DNA of 64,000 nt. Origin: a virus (taxonomy: Duplodnaviria > Caudoviricetes). Location of the stretch: the IMG/VR virus record IMGVR_UViG_3300033145_002422. One strand, 5' to 3'. Of the stretch, positions 10,017-19,818 are shown in pieces. The notes under the pieces were generated by a model. The model was not told the DNA's origin. It ran no database searches and saw only the letters and a program-made list of their open reading frames with translations. Made by a program: the position numbers and the translations under genes. The stretch's first letter is position 1. The number at the start of each line of letters is the position of its first letter.

Positions 10017-10601
10017 ATGGGAAATTTAAATGAATATACTTTAGTTTTAAATAAAGGATGGACTCCGGTAGCTGTTACGAGAGTTAAAGATGCATTAATA
10101 AAATTATTTAATAATTCAGCAAAAATAGTAGATGAGAGTAACTATGAAACGTTTACTTGGGATGAATGGGTTGATAAATATTCATTTTTTCTTGATGATA
10201 CTAGTAAAGATGATGATTTTAATTTTGTGTTTTCTCAGAGATTGAAAATAAGAGTCCCTGAAGTTATTGTTTTGAATAACTATAGCAAGATACCAGAGAG
10301 AAAAATGAGATTGACAAGAAAGAACTTGCTTTTAAGAGATAGATATAAATGTCAATATACTGGAAAAAAGCTAAATGCTGATAATGCAACTATAGATCAT
10401 ATTCTTCCTCAAAGCAGAGGAGGGAAAAGTGTTTGGGAGAATGTTGTTATATGTTCGCCAGATGTAAATACTAAAAAGGCAAATAAAACTCCTAATGAAG
10501 CTGGAATTAAATTATTAAAAAATCCTCATCAACCAATTTGGCATCCTCTTTTTGCTGTTTCAAATAAAAAAAAGTTAGATTCTTGGAAAAAGTTTTTATA
10601 A
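10017..10601 (+). CDS. HNH endonuclease (McrA-like)
   Basis: TLVLN, RDRYKCQYTG, TIDHILPQSRGG...WENVV...N.KK.NKTP. Confidence 0.88.
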   Translation: MGNLNEYTLVLNKGWTPVAVTRVKDALIKLFNNSAKIVDESNYETFTWDEWVDKYSFFLDDTSKDDDFNFVFSQRLKIRVPEVIVLNNYSKIPERKMRLTRKNLLLRDRYKCQYTGKKLNADNATIDHILPQSRGGKSVWENVVICSPDVNTKKANKTPNEAGIKLLKNPHQPIWHPLFAVSNKKKLDSWKKFL

Positions 10602-10615
10602 AGTAGAAATAATAA

Positions 10616-11314
10616 ATGATATATAAAAGATTAAAGCATAATTCTATTAAGTCCAGAATAAAACCCAAAAAATGGACTAAGGTTCTTTTGAATGAGCCAT
10701 GCTTTATTCTGGGAAATGGACCATCTTTAACAGATGGTAACATACATGTTTTACAAGATAAATATTTTACTATTGGTATAAATAGTTCTTGCGATTTATT
10801 TGATTCTACTATATTAATGTGGCAGGATATAGAATTTTTTTATTCTAAGAGAAAAGTTTTACCTAATTTAAAGTCTATTCTTTTTTGTAGAGATTCTTCA
10901 GACCCTATGAATTTAGCATATCATTTTTCTTTAGAGAGTGGTGGTTTTCATGTTCCAAGAAATGCTTCTGTATTAATGGGCAGGGGATCGACCGGCCCTC
11001 TCGCTTTTCAATTGGCATATGTTCTTGGATGTGATCCAATAGTTTTATTGGGTTTTGATTGTAGGAATAGAGACGGTAAAACAGATTTTTATGGTGTAAA
11101 TAAGTTTCATAAGCCTCATACTATGAATTCTTGTCGAAGGGGATTAAAATGGGTTAGAGATTGTCAACATGATAGAAAAATTATTAATTGTTCAGATAAT
11201 TCTGTTTTTACAGAAAGTTTAAAATTAACAGATGTTGTAGAAGAGTTAAGTAAAGATTATCCATATAGAACAAGAAAATATTTTAATGCGAAGTTAATAG
11301 ATGAATTAGAGTGA
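10616..11314 (+). CDS. DUF115/MAF-like glycosyltransferase-related protein
   Basis: ILGNGPSL, TIGIN and QLAYVLGCDPIVLLGFD motifs. Confidence 0.65.
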   Translation: MIYKRLKHNSIKSRIKPKKWTKVLLNEPCFILGNGPSLTDGNIHVLQDKYFTIGINSSCDLFDSTILMWQDIEFFYSKRKVLPNLKSILFCRDSSDPMNLAYHFSLESGGFHVPRNASVLMGRGSTGPLAFQLAYVLGCDPIVLLGFDCRNRDGKTDFYGVNKFHKPHTMNSCRRGLKWVRDCQHDRKIINCSDNSVFTESLKLTDVVEELSKDYPYRTRKYFNAKLIDELE

Positions 11315-11356
11315 TGATAAAATTGTTATAATAGTTTTTAGAAATAGGAGGAAGTT

Positions 11357-12223
11357 ATGAAAGAACTGAGACGTGGGCAAGGGAATAGTAGTAATAGTTT
11401 AAATGAGAATGAGAGTGGACTTTATAAGATAAAACCATCATTGTATGAAACAAACAATTCTGAAGAATTAGGTCCACCGATTTCTGATGAAGAGAGACTA
11501 GTTAAAGTAACAAATATGAATATAGGGCAATTATATAGATTGTTTGATGGGTCTAATTATAGTTATCAAAGATTTGTTTTGAAAAAGTTTTTTGGAAATT
11601 CTGACTTTTCTTCTATACAAGAAGAGGTTTGTTTTTATAGAAACAATGTTTTGCAATTTGTTCAAAGCAAATTTTTTAAGTCGAATGGATATAAGATTGT
11701 AGCAGAATTGCCATCGAGTAGAAATAACGGTTCAATTCCAAAGAAATCTTCTGTTCAATGCGATATTAATAAGCGTTTTATAGTATATGCTGATGCTTTG
11801 GTTTTTTATGAGAATGATAAGTCTGAAAAGATAGTAATATCCTTTTCTTTGGATTCGTATTCCGGTCAAACATTTTACGAGTTATTTTCTTCTACCGATC
11901 CAGATGTACTTTGGCAGGAATGGCAAGAGTATGGTAAGAAAAACAATCTATATAAGAATAAAAAGATAGATGCTAATTGTGGTTTTCTTAAGATAGATAA
12001 GAAAATCACATGGGGAGATATTATTTTAACAGATAAATTCATAGACATAATAAAATCTAATGTGTTGAATATATTTTCAATGAGAGATCTTCTGGAAAAA
12101 AATAAAATATCTTTGAAGAGAGGAATAATATTTTCTGGAAAACCGGGATGTGTTATAAAAGGAACTAAAATAAAAATTAGAAAGAAAAAAGAAAAAGGAA
12201 GGCACAATATTATATACGAATAA
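11357..12223 (+). CDS. AAA+ ATPase N-terminal half fused to a 24-aa split-intein N-fragment
   Basis: ITWGDIIL...KRGIIFSGKPG (first half of Walker A), then CVIKGTKIKI and a stop. Confidence 0.88.
   Translation: MKELRRGQGNSSNSLNENESGLYKIKPSLYETNNSEELGPPISDEERLVKVTNMNIGQLYRLFDGSNYSYQRFVLKKFFGNSDFSSIQEEVCFYRNNVLQFVQSKFFKSNGYKIVAELPSSRNNGSIPKKSSVQCDINKRFIVYADALVFYENDKSEKIVISFSLDSYSGQTFYELFSSTDPDVLWQEWQEYGKKNNLYKNKKIDANCGFLKIDKKITWGDIILTDKFIDIIKSNVLNIFSMRDLLEKNKISLKRGIIFSGKPGCVIKGTKIKIRKKKEKGRHNIIYE
12149..12220 (+). mobile_element. Split intein N-fragment (IntN, 24 aa)
   Basis: Cys1 block A CVIKGTKIKIRKK directly after GKPG. Confidence 0.85.
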
Positions 12224-12224
12224 T
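12194..12224 (+). promoter_or_regulatory. Putative phage late promoter of the endonuclease gene
   Basis: AAAGG-N18-CGAATAAT embedded in the IntN tail. Confidence 0.45.
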
Positions 12225-12280
12225 ATTATATAGTCCTAATACAGGTAGTTTGAACAATTTTATACCTCTGGAGATATAAT

Positions 12281-13318
12281 ATGAAAGAGAAATTATTTTT
12301 TAGAAATTGCCCAGCATGTAATGTTAAAATGGGATATACAACAAAAAAAGAATGCTTTAAAGCAGAAAAAAATAATAGTTTTTGTAAAAAATGCAGGAAA
12401 TTAAAATTAGAGATAAGCAAAAATGAAAAATGTTTTTTCAGAGAATGTTATGTTTGTGGTAGGAAAGTTGGATATACTAACAAAAAGAACATGAATAGGG
12501 CCAAGAAGATTAATCGCCCTTGTGCAAGTTGTGTATCTAAGGGTGTTCAAAATAGACCTGATATAATAAAGAGAAAATCACTATATGCAATTGCCCATTC
12601 TTTAGGAGAGCTTAATCCTTTTTATGGTAGGCATCATACAGAAAGTTCAAAAAATAAAATAAGAAATAATGTAGATAGATCCTTTTCACAAACTAAAGAA
12701 TTTAGGGAAAAGTCTGCTAGAAAAGGTATTAAAAATGGTATGTATGGAATATCTTATTACGATGTTTGGGTTGTTAAATATGGAGAAGAAGAAGCTAATA
12801 AAAAGTTGATAGATCTTAAAAAGAGAAAATCTATTCAGACATCAGGAAAAAATAATCCTATGTATGGAAGGAAATCTCCTGTAGGATCTGGAAATGGATG
12901 GAGTGGATGGTATAAGGGTTGGTATTTTAGAAGTTTAAAAGAATTATCATATATGATATATGTTATTGAAAAAAATAGGTATAAATGGATTAGTGCGGAG
13001 ACTAAAGAATTAAGAATTCCATATATAGATTATAACGGAAAAGATAAAACATATGTAGCTGATTTTTTTATTAATAATTCTATTCTTGTGGAAGTTAAAC
13101 CAAAGCAATTAATGGGAACTATTAACAATAGGTTAAAAAAAGAGGCTGCTATAAAGTTTTGTAAAATTTTTGGATACAAATATGTTATGGTTGATGTAAA
13201 ACTTATAGAAGTATCTATTTTGATTGATTTGTATAAAAATGGTCAAGTTGTATTAATTGAAAAGTATAATAAGAAATTGGAGAAAATAATATGCAAATTG
13301 GAGAAGAAAAAGAAGTAG
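12281..13318 (+). CDS. Free-standing homing endonuclease (Zn ribbons, NUMOD3 repeats, TnsA-like PD-(D/E)XK domain)
   Basis: Four CxxC pairs; GELNPFYGRHHTESSK and GKNNPMYG; FRSLKE...YVADF...LVEVKP. Confidence 0.82.
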   Translation: MKEKLFFRNCPACNVKMGYTTKKECFKAEKNNSFCKKCRKLKLEISKNEKCFFRECYVCGRKVGYTNKKNMNRAKKINRPCASCVSKGVQNRPDIIKRKSLYAIAHSLGELNPFYGRHHTESSKNKIRNNVDRSFSQTKEFREKSARKGIKNGMYGISYYDVWVVKYGEEEANKKLIDLKKRKSIQTSGKNNPMYGRKSPVGSGNGWSGWYKGWYFRSLKELSYMIYVIEKNRYKWISAETKELRIPYIDYNGKDKTYVADFFINNSILVEVKPKQLMGTINNRLKKEAAIKFCKIFGYKYVMVDVKLIEVSILIDLYKNGQVVLIEKYNKKLEKIICKLEKKKK

Positions 13319-13665
13319 AAATTCAGGATTTATTTGTTTTTGCGCAAGATGATGGAATATATGAGATAGAAACTCCCCAAGGATGGGTTGAGATAGGTGA
13401 TTTAATTATGAAGCGTGATAAAGATTGTTATTTAATTAGAACTAATTCTGGAAAAGAATTGGGAGGTTCTTCGGATCATTATGTAGAGACAACTAATGGT
13501 TGGGAAAAGCTAGAAGATATAAATGTTCAAAATACTACAGTATATACATCATCAGGTGAAGATGATATAGTTTCTAAAGAATATATAGGTAAAGATGATA
13601 CTTATGATTTAGAAGTAAAAAATAATGATCATAAATATTATGCGAATGGGATCGTTTCCCACAAT
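13291..13665 (+). mobile_element. Split intein C-fragment (IntC, 125 aa, no endonuclease domain)
   Basis: Block B GSSDH, block F TYDLEV, block G ANGIVSHN followed by Thr+1. Confidence 0.88.
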
Positions 13666-14322
13666 ACCGGCAAGACTATGTTGTGTAAAATTCTTGCTAA
13701 GGAGGTAGATGCTACTGTAATTTATGTTCTTCCATCTCATGTTAAGCAGTTATTTGATATATCAAGAATATGTGATATGGCAAGAGAACTTGCTCCATCT
13801 TTAATAATTATAGAAGATATAGATTTTTTGACAAAAGACAGAACAGGAGGAAATAATTGGTCTGTTGTAGAACTTATGAATCAAATGGATGGTATAGAAG
13901 ATTTTAAAGATATTATTACATTGGCTACAACTAATATGGTTGATGATATAGAGAAGGCTATTAAGAATAGGCCAGGAAGATTCGATAGAGTTATAGATAT
14001 TCCTTCGCCAGATCTCAAGACGAGAATTAGAATGTTTAATAGATTTTGTGTTAATTTTAATATAGGTAAAGATGTAGATTTTAGTAAAATAGCTAAAGAA
14101 ACGAATAATGCAACAGGAGCCTATATAAAAGATGTATGTATTACCGCTGCATTTATCGCTATACAGGATGGTAGCGTGAATAAGAATGGAAAGGTTATTA
14201 TTTTTAATAAACATTTTAATGAATCTTTGAGAGAAATAAAAGATAAGGATTTTAGTCGTTTTTCTGAAGTAACTAATTCAAAGAGATCTATAGGATTTGG
14301 TGATTCTCCTAAATCTGATTAA
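13291..14322 (+). CDS. Split-intein C-fragment (125 aa) fused to the AAA+ ATPase C-terminal half
   Basis: GGAG SD; intein ends IVSHN|TGKT, completing Walker A; Walker B IIIEDID, TTN sensor and RPGRFDR arginine finger. Confidence 0.9.
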   Translation: MQIGEEKEVEIQDLFVFAQDDGIYEIETPQGWVEIGDLIMKRDKDCYLIRTNSGKELGGSSDHYVETTNGWEKLEDINVQNTTVYTSSGEDDIVSKEYIGKDDTYDLEVKNNDHKYYANGIVSHNTGKTMLCKILAKEVDATVIYVLPSHVKQLFDISRICDMARELAPSLIIIEDIDFLTKDRTGGNNWSVVELMNQMDGIEDFKDIITLATTNMVDDIEKAIKNRPGRFDRVIDIPSPDLKTRIRMFNRFCVNFNIGKDVDFSKIAKETNNATGAYIKDVCITAAFIAIQDGSVNKNGKVIIFNKHFNESLREIKDKDFSRFSEVTNSKRSIGFGDSPKSD

Positions 14323-14388
14323 TTTTTTTAAAGATTTATTTTTATACTATTATAATATATGTTTTAATAATTTAAGAGGGAAAAAATA

Positions 14389-17300
14389 ATGATACAAAAG
14401 ATTTATTCTTATGAAGAGGTATATAATTCTACCTTGGAATATTTTAATGGAGATGAATTAGCGACAAAGGTTTTTATCAATAAATATGCACTAAGAAATA
14501 AAGAACAAGAGTTATTAGAGAAAAGCCCAGATGATATGCATTGGAGAATAGCTAACGAAATAGCTAGGATTGAAAAAGATAAGTTTAAAAATCCAATGAA
14601 TGCTGAAGATATATTTGAATATTTGAAAGGTTTTAAAAGGCTTATTCCACAAGGTTCTCCAATGAATGGGATAGGAAATCGTTTTCAATATACATCGTTA
14701 AGTAATTGTTACGTTATTGAGCCTCCTGTGGATAGTTACGGAGGAATTCATTTATCTGATGAGCAGTTAACACAGATTAGCAAAAGAAGGGGAGGTACAG
14801 GATTAGATATTTCTAATTTAAGACCGGATGGAACTCCAACTTCCAATGCAGCAAAAACTTCCACTGGTATTATACCTTTTATGGAGAGATTTTCCAATTC
14901 GATAAGAGAGGTAGGTCAATGTTTATATTCGTCGTCTATGATTCTTTTATCGAGAGGATTGACAAGAATTGATCGTGTTAATATTGGAGATAGTGTATGG
15001 ACAGAGAATGGGTGGGCTAATGTAGAGAAAGTGGTAAAAAATAAAAAAGATACTATTAAAATAAAAACCAAACGAGGTTTTGAAATTATTTGTAGTCGAA
15101 ATCATTTTTTGCATACTTCTGAGGGGGAGAAAAAAGCCATAGATTTTTCACATGGCGATAGTATAACGGCTATCGCAGGTCAAGAATGGTATGGTGAAGA
15201 AATAAATTTGGTTGTAGGATATAAAAAGAGCAATTATAACAATTCTAATAGACTTAATGAGAATGTAAAAGAACCTCATGTTCTTACTGCTGAATTGGCT
15301 TATCTTATTGGATATTCTTATGGTGACGGGTATGTTGGCAAACATCGTCATAATAAGTCCAACTGTTCGTTGGAACTCGCTTGTTCAAACCAATATCCAG
15401 AAATAATTAAAAAGTTACAATCTATTTTCAAAAATGAATACAATCTTGATGTTAAAGAATCCGACAGGTCTAACCGTGGAGATATGGTTTCGTTAAGAGT
15501 TTCGTCAAGGATGTTGTTAAATCATTTGGAACAAAATAATATTCTTAAGGAACATGCTGGTTGTTTAAAATTGCCTGAATGTTTATTTAAAGCAAAAAGT
15601 GAAGTCGTGTTTGGTTTTATAGCGGGATATTTCGATGCCGATGGGACTGCAATTGAATCAAAAAAAGTTTATAGATTTGCATCAATTGATAATCAATTTT
15701 TGAAAGATATTCAAAAGATACTTTTAGCATATGGAATTGTATCAACGATATATATACAAGATAGATCAAATATGGGTTGGCATAATATAAGTGCTTTGTC
15801 AATTAATGGTCGTAGAAATCAGGAAAAATTTTCAGAGCTTTGCAATCAAAGTGTCAAAGTTAATCATGCTAGATGGGTGCCAAAAGTAAGGGACTTTACT
15901 CGAACAATTTATAATACATCTGATTATACAACTAGAGCCAGTCGCCATGGATATATTATAGATGATAGACAGAAGATTTCTTATTCTACTTCGGAGCGTC
16001 TTTGTTCAGATTTACAAATTAGGGATTCATACTGCTTAATTGAAGATCAAATTGAATCGGTGGATGAGTTTGAGTTAAACAGCGATGTATATGACTTGTG
16101 TTTAGATCATACTCATTTTTTTAGTGCAAATGGTATATATGTTCATAATTCAGGTAGACGTGGCGCGTTGATGATTTCTATTTCAATTCATCATCCAGAA
16201 GTTTCAGAATTTGCTAAAATTAAGAGAGATAAAAAGAAGGTTACTGGAGCTAACATATCAGTAAGATTGTCTGACGAGTTTTTAAAAGCAGTTGAAGAAA
16301 ATAAAGAGTATGAGCAGCGATGGCCTGTCGATTCTAAAGAACCAGTTGTTTCTAAAATGGTTAATGCAAGAGAAATTTGGATGCAGTTTATAGAAAGTGC
16401 ATGGGATTGTGCAGAACCAGGTTTGCTTTTTTGGGATAGTATTATAAGAGAGAGTCCAGCAGATTGTTATCCAGGTTTCCAGACAGTCGGCACTAATCCC
16501 TGTGGCGAAATTCCGTTGAGTGCATTAGACAGTTGTAGACTTCTGGTTATAAATATATTCAATTATGTGAAGAATGCGTTTACGAATAAAGCAGAATTCG
16601 ATTACGATGCTCTTAGGAAGGATGCTATTATTGCTCAGAGATTTATGGATGATATTATTGATTTAGAGTTAGAAGCAATAGGTAAAATTATTAACAAGAT
16701 TAAAAGAGATCCAGAAGAAGACAGAATTAAACGAGTAGAATTGGAAATGTGGCAAAATATTAAAAAAGCATGTCAAAACGGAAGAAGAACAGGTGTTGGA
16801 ACTACCGCTGTTGGTGATACTATCGCAGCTCTGGGATTTAAATACGGTTCTACAAGATCGATAGAAGTTGTTGATGAGATATATAGAACTATTAAATTGG
16901 GATGTTATAGAAGTTCTGTAGATATGGCAAAAGAGTTAGGGGCATTTCCTGTATGGGATTTTGAATTAGAAAAAAATAATCCTTATTTATTAAGAATCAA
17001 AGACGATGATCAAGAATTATGGGATGATAATAAAAAATATGGAAGGCGTAATATATCCAATACGACGTTGGCTCCATCTGGAAGTGTTTCTTTATTATCT
17101 AGAACTACAAATGGAACAGAACCAGTTTTTAAATTGTCATATAAGAGAAGAAGGAAAATAAATCCTGATGAACAAAATACTAGAGTTGATTTTGTCGATG
17201 CCAGCGGAGACCAGTGGGAAGAATTTATAGTATATCATCCCAAGGTTAAGAATTGGATGAAAATAACTGGTGAAACTGATATAGAAAAATCTCCATGGTT

Positions 17301-18045
17301 TGGATGCTGTGCTGGCGAATTGGATTGGAAGAAAAGAGTAAAGTTGCAAGCTACGATACAAAAACATATTGATCATTCTATTTCATCTACTGTAAATCTA
17401 CCTAAAGAAGCTACGGTAGAAGATGTTGCTAAAATATATGAGGAAGCATGGAAGCTTGGATGTAAGGGCATAACTATTTATAGAGAAGGAAGTAGAGCCG
17501 GTGTTTTGGTAGATGAAAACGAATCAGAAATTATTGTAAAAACTTCTGCTCTTAAAAGACCCAAAAAACTCCCATGCGACGTTCACCATCTTACTATAAA
17601 GGGAAATCAGTATTTTGTTTTGGTTGGATTATTAAATGGAGAACCATATGAAGTTTTTGCGGATAAAAATGGAGTAGTTTCAAGAAGTATTAAAAAAGGA
17701 GAAATTATTAAAGTAAAAAGAGGGCAATATAAAGCTATTTTTGATAATGAATTTGAGCTTGATAATTTAACTGAGCATTTAGACGATATGGAAGATACCA
17801 TAACTAGACTTGTTTCTTCTAATCTCAGGCATGGAACCGATATAAAATTTTTGGTTCAACAGCTTGAAAAGTCTAAAGGCGATGTTTTGTCGTTTGAAAA
17901 GGCTATTGCAAGGGCTTTGAAAAAATATATTAAAGATGGGACTATTGTTACTGGAGAGGTTTGTGAATCCTGTAAAGGGACTAATCTTGCTAGACAAAAC
18001 GGGTGTGTTACTTGTATGGATTGTGGTTGGAGTAAATGTTCATGA
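14389..18045 (+). CDS. nrdJ: Class II (adenosylcobalamin-dependent) ribonucleotide reductase, intein-containing
   Basis: SNCY, RRGGTG, TNPCGE, RRTGVG, APSGS, SISSTVN, GCKGITIYR; C-terminal TSCPD/Zn-type domain ending CGWSKC. Confidence 0.92.
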   Translation: MIQKIYSYEEVYNSTLEYFNGDELATKVFINKYALRNKEQELLEKSPDDMHWRIANEIARIEKDKFKNPMNAEDIFEYLKGFKRLIPQGSPMNGIGNRFQYTSLSNCYVIEPPVDSYGGIHLSDEQLTQISKRRGGTGLDISNLRPDGTPTSNAAKTSTGIIPFMERFSNSIREVGQCLYSSSMILLSRGLTRIDRVNIGDSVWTENGWANVEKVVKNKKDTIKIKTKRGFEIICSRNHFLHTSEGEKKAIDFSHGDSITAIAGQEWYGEEINLVVGYKKSNYNNSNRLNENVKEPHVLTAELAYLIGYSYGDGYVGKHRHNKSNCSLELACSNQYPEIIKKLQSIFKNEYNLDVKESDRSNRGDMVSLRVSSRMLLNHLEQNNILKEHAGCLKLPECLFKAKSEVVFGFIAGYFDADGTAIESKKVYRFASIDNQFLKDIQKILLAYGIVSTIYIQDRSNMGWHNISALSINGRRNQEKFSELCNQSVKVNHARWVPKVRDFTRTIYNTSDYTTRASRHGYIIDDRQKISYSTSERLCSDLQIRDSYCLIEDQIESVDEFELNSDVYDLCLDHTHFFSANGIYVHNSGRRGALMISISIHHPEVSEFAKIKRDKKKVTGANISVRLSDEFLKAVEENKEYEQRWPVDSKEPVVSKMVNAREIWMQFIESAWDCAEPGLLFWDSIIRESPADCYPGFQTVGTNPCGEIPLSALDSCRLLVINIFNYVKNAFTNKAEFDYDALRKDAIIAQRFMDDIIDLELEAIGKIINKIKRDPEEDRIKRVELEMWQNIKKACQNGRRTGVGTTAVGDTIAALGFKYGSTRSIEVVDEIYRTIKLGCYRSSVDMAKELGAFPVWDFELEKNNPYLLRIKDDDQELWDDNKKYGRRNISNTTLAPSGSVSLLSRTTNGTEPVFKLSYKRRRKINPDEQNTRVDFVDASGDQWEEFIVYHPKVKNWMKITGETDIEKSPWFGCCAGELDWKKRVKLQATIQKHIDHSISSTVNLPKEATVEDVAKIYEEAWKLGCKGITIYREGSRAGVLVDENESEIIVKTSALKRPKKLPCDVHHLTIKGNQYFVLVGLLNGEPYEVFADKNGVVSRSIKKGEIIKVKRGQYKAIFDNEFELDNLTEHLDDMEDTITRLVSSNLRHGTDIKFLVQQLEKSKGDVLSFEKAIARALKKYIKDGTIVTGEVCESCKGTNLARQNGCVTCMDCGWSKCS
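14920..16149 (+). mobile_element. Intein with LAGLIDADG endonuclease in NrdJ (410 aa)
   Basis: VGQ|CLYSSS...IYVHN|SGRRGA; LIGYSYGDG and FIAGYFDADG motifs. Confidence 0.93.
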
Positions 18046-18062
18046 TATAGAAAGGAAAATAT

Positions 18063-18656
18063 ATGAAAAATGAATATAGTTGTAACTGCGGGTCTATTGA
18101 TAGGTTAAAAATTAGAGTAAAAAAGCTTTCTGAAGATGCTATTTTGCCAAAGAAGGCTCATTCTGAAGACGCTGGTTTTGATATTTCATCTATAGATGAT
18201 GGGACTCCAGTATTTTCTGATGATGGTCATTTACTGTATATAGAATATAAAACCGGAATAGCTGTAGAGCCTCCTGTAGGATATTCTATAGAAGCTTTTC
18301 CAAGGTCAAGTATAAGTAGGTATGATTTGATTTTGGCTAATTCAATTGGATTAATAGATAATCCTTATCGTGGAGAAATTAAATTAAGATTTAAAGTTGT
18401 TGGTCGTCCAGGAAACAATAGCGTTCCAAAAATGGTGTTAAATAATAAAACGGATAAAATAATTATTTCAGGAGCAAAGGTTATTAATTTGGAAGAGGCT
18501 ATTTTTATTTTGAATAATAATTTTAATTTATACATTAAGGGAGATAAGATAGCTCAGCTTATCATAAGGAAAGACTTTTCTAATTTTGATATGATTGAAG
18601 TAGATAAATTAGGAGATACAGAAAGAGGAAGTGGTGGATTTGGTTCTAGCGGATAA
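18063..18656 (+). CDS. dut: Trimeric dUTPase
   Basis: DAGFD, PRSS, GLIDNPYRGEI, IAQL and RGSGGFGSSG motifs. Confidence 0.95.
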   Translation: MKNEYSCNCGSIDRLKIRVKKLSEDAILPKKAHSEDAGFDISSIDDGTPVFSDDGHLLYIEYKTGIAVEPPVGYSIEAFPRSSISRYDLILANSIGLIDNPYRGEIKLRFKVVGRPGNNSVPKMVLNNKTDKIIISGAKVINLEEAIFILNNNFNLYIKGDKIAQLIIRKDFSNFDMIEVDKLGDTERGSGGFGSSG

Positions 18657-18732
18657 TTTTTTCGGGATTATTTTGTCTGGCTTTCGTATATAGTTATGGT
18701 GTCTTAAATAGCTAAGTAGAAAGGAGACAATT

Positions 18733-19752
18733 ATAGAAACTAGATTTAAATGTCAATTCTGTGGAAAAAATCTTAAAGCTGAAGATAATTTATTGAAAGT
18801 ACAATGTCCTCATTGTAAAAATATTATAGAAAGATTTGAAGAATTACCAGAAAAAGAGCAGCAAAATAATATTATTAATTTTGCAGCAAATTATGTTCCA
18901 TCTTGGGGAACTAGTGTAATTATGCATTTAGCTTTATGTCTTATTATATTAATGGCTAGTTGGACTTCTGCTATGAAACCTCCGGATGTTGAATATACGG
19001 CAGATATAATTGTTAAAAAACAAAATAATATTGTTAGAAATGAAAAGAATAGTTCTTCCAGAAAAACAACGTATAGAAAAGTGAATAATACAGGTTCTTT
19101 TGTTTATAATAAATCGTTAAATCCGATTTCGGATTTATTTAAAAATGATCTTAAACCAGTAGATACGATAGGTATAGGTGGTGGTGGTGGAAGAGATTTT
19201 GGTGGGCTTGAGGGATGGGGTAAGGGAAGAGTAGGTAATGGAGATGATTCTTGGTTCGGAGAAGGAGGAGAGAAAAACCATAAGAATATAGTATATATAA
19301 TAGATAGAAGTGGTTCAATGACGGATACTATTATGTATGTGAAACATGAGTTGAAAAAATCTATAGGAAGTATGGATCTTTCTCAAAAGTTTTATATAGT
19401 TTTTTATTCTAGTGGTCCTTCGGTTGGAATGTCATCTGGGAAATTAGTTCCTGCTATAGAACAAAATAAAGAATTAGCTTATGGATTTATAGATTCTATG
19501 ATTCCACGTGGGCAGACTGACCCATCTGATGCTCTTAAAAAAGCTTTTCAAATGTCTCCGGATATTATTCATTTATTGACTGATGGCGATTTTGATCAAT
19601 CAATAATTTCTCTTATAGATAATTATAATAAAGATAAAAAAATACCAATCAATACCTATTGTTTTGTTTATACTACTGGAGAATATGTATTGCAGGAAAT
19701 AGCTCGTAAAAATGGAGGTTCATATAAGTATATTTCAGAATTAGATTTTTAA
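18733..19752 (+). CDS. Zn-ribbon, transmembrane and vWA domain protein (probable ATA/ATT start)
   Basis: MIDAS DRSGS, RGQT and LTDG motifs; TM PSWGTSVIMHLAL; an in-frame CQFC upstream of the track start pairs with CPHC; AAGGAG at 18721. Confidence 0.75.
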   Translation: METRFKCQFCGKNLKAEDNLLKVQCPHCKNIIERFEELPEKEQQNNIINFAANYVPSWGTSVIMHLALCLIILMASWTSAMKPPDVEYTADIIVKKQNNIVRNEKNSSSRKTTYRKVNNTGSFVYNKSLNPISDLFKNDLKPVDTIGIGGGGGRDFGGLEGWGKGRVGNGDDSWFGEGGEKNHKNIVYIIDRSGSMTDTIMYVKHELKKSIGSMDLSQKFYIVFYSSGPSVGMSSGKLVPAIEQNKELAYGFIDSMIPRGQTDPSDALKKAFQMSPDIIHLLTDGDFDQSIISLIDNYNKDKKIPINTYCFVYTTGEYVLQEIARKNGGSYKYISELDF

Positions 19753-19779
19753 AATAGTTTTTATATAATTTAGTTGACT

Positions 19780-19812
19780 AAAGGGATATCTAAAACAGGA
19801 TATCCCTTTTTT
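19780..19812 (+). terminator. Intrinsic terminator
   Basis: aaagggatatc-loop-gatatcccttt followed by a T run. Confidence 0.8.
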
Positions 19813-19818
19813 ATTTAT

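Noticed and set aside
11357-12223. AAA ATPase pseudogene
   Set aside because: Both halves are intact and end or begin with complementary intein fragments
12190-13295. Group I intron containing the endonuclease gene
   Set aside because: Only 57 nt are non-coding and the endonuclease ORF overlaps the downstream ORF, leaving no room for a ribozyme core. The downstream half has its own SD and ATG.
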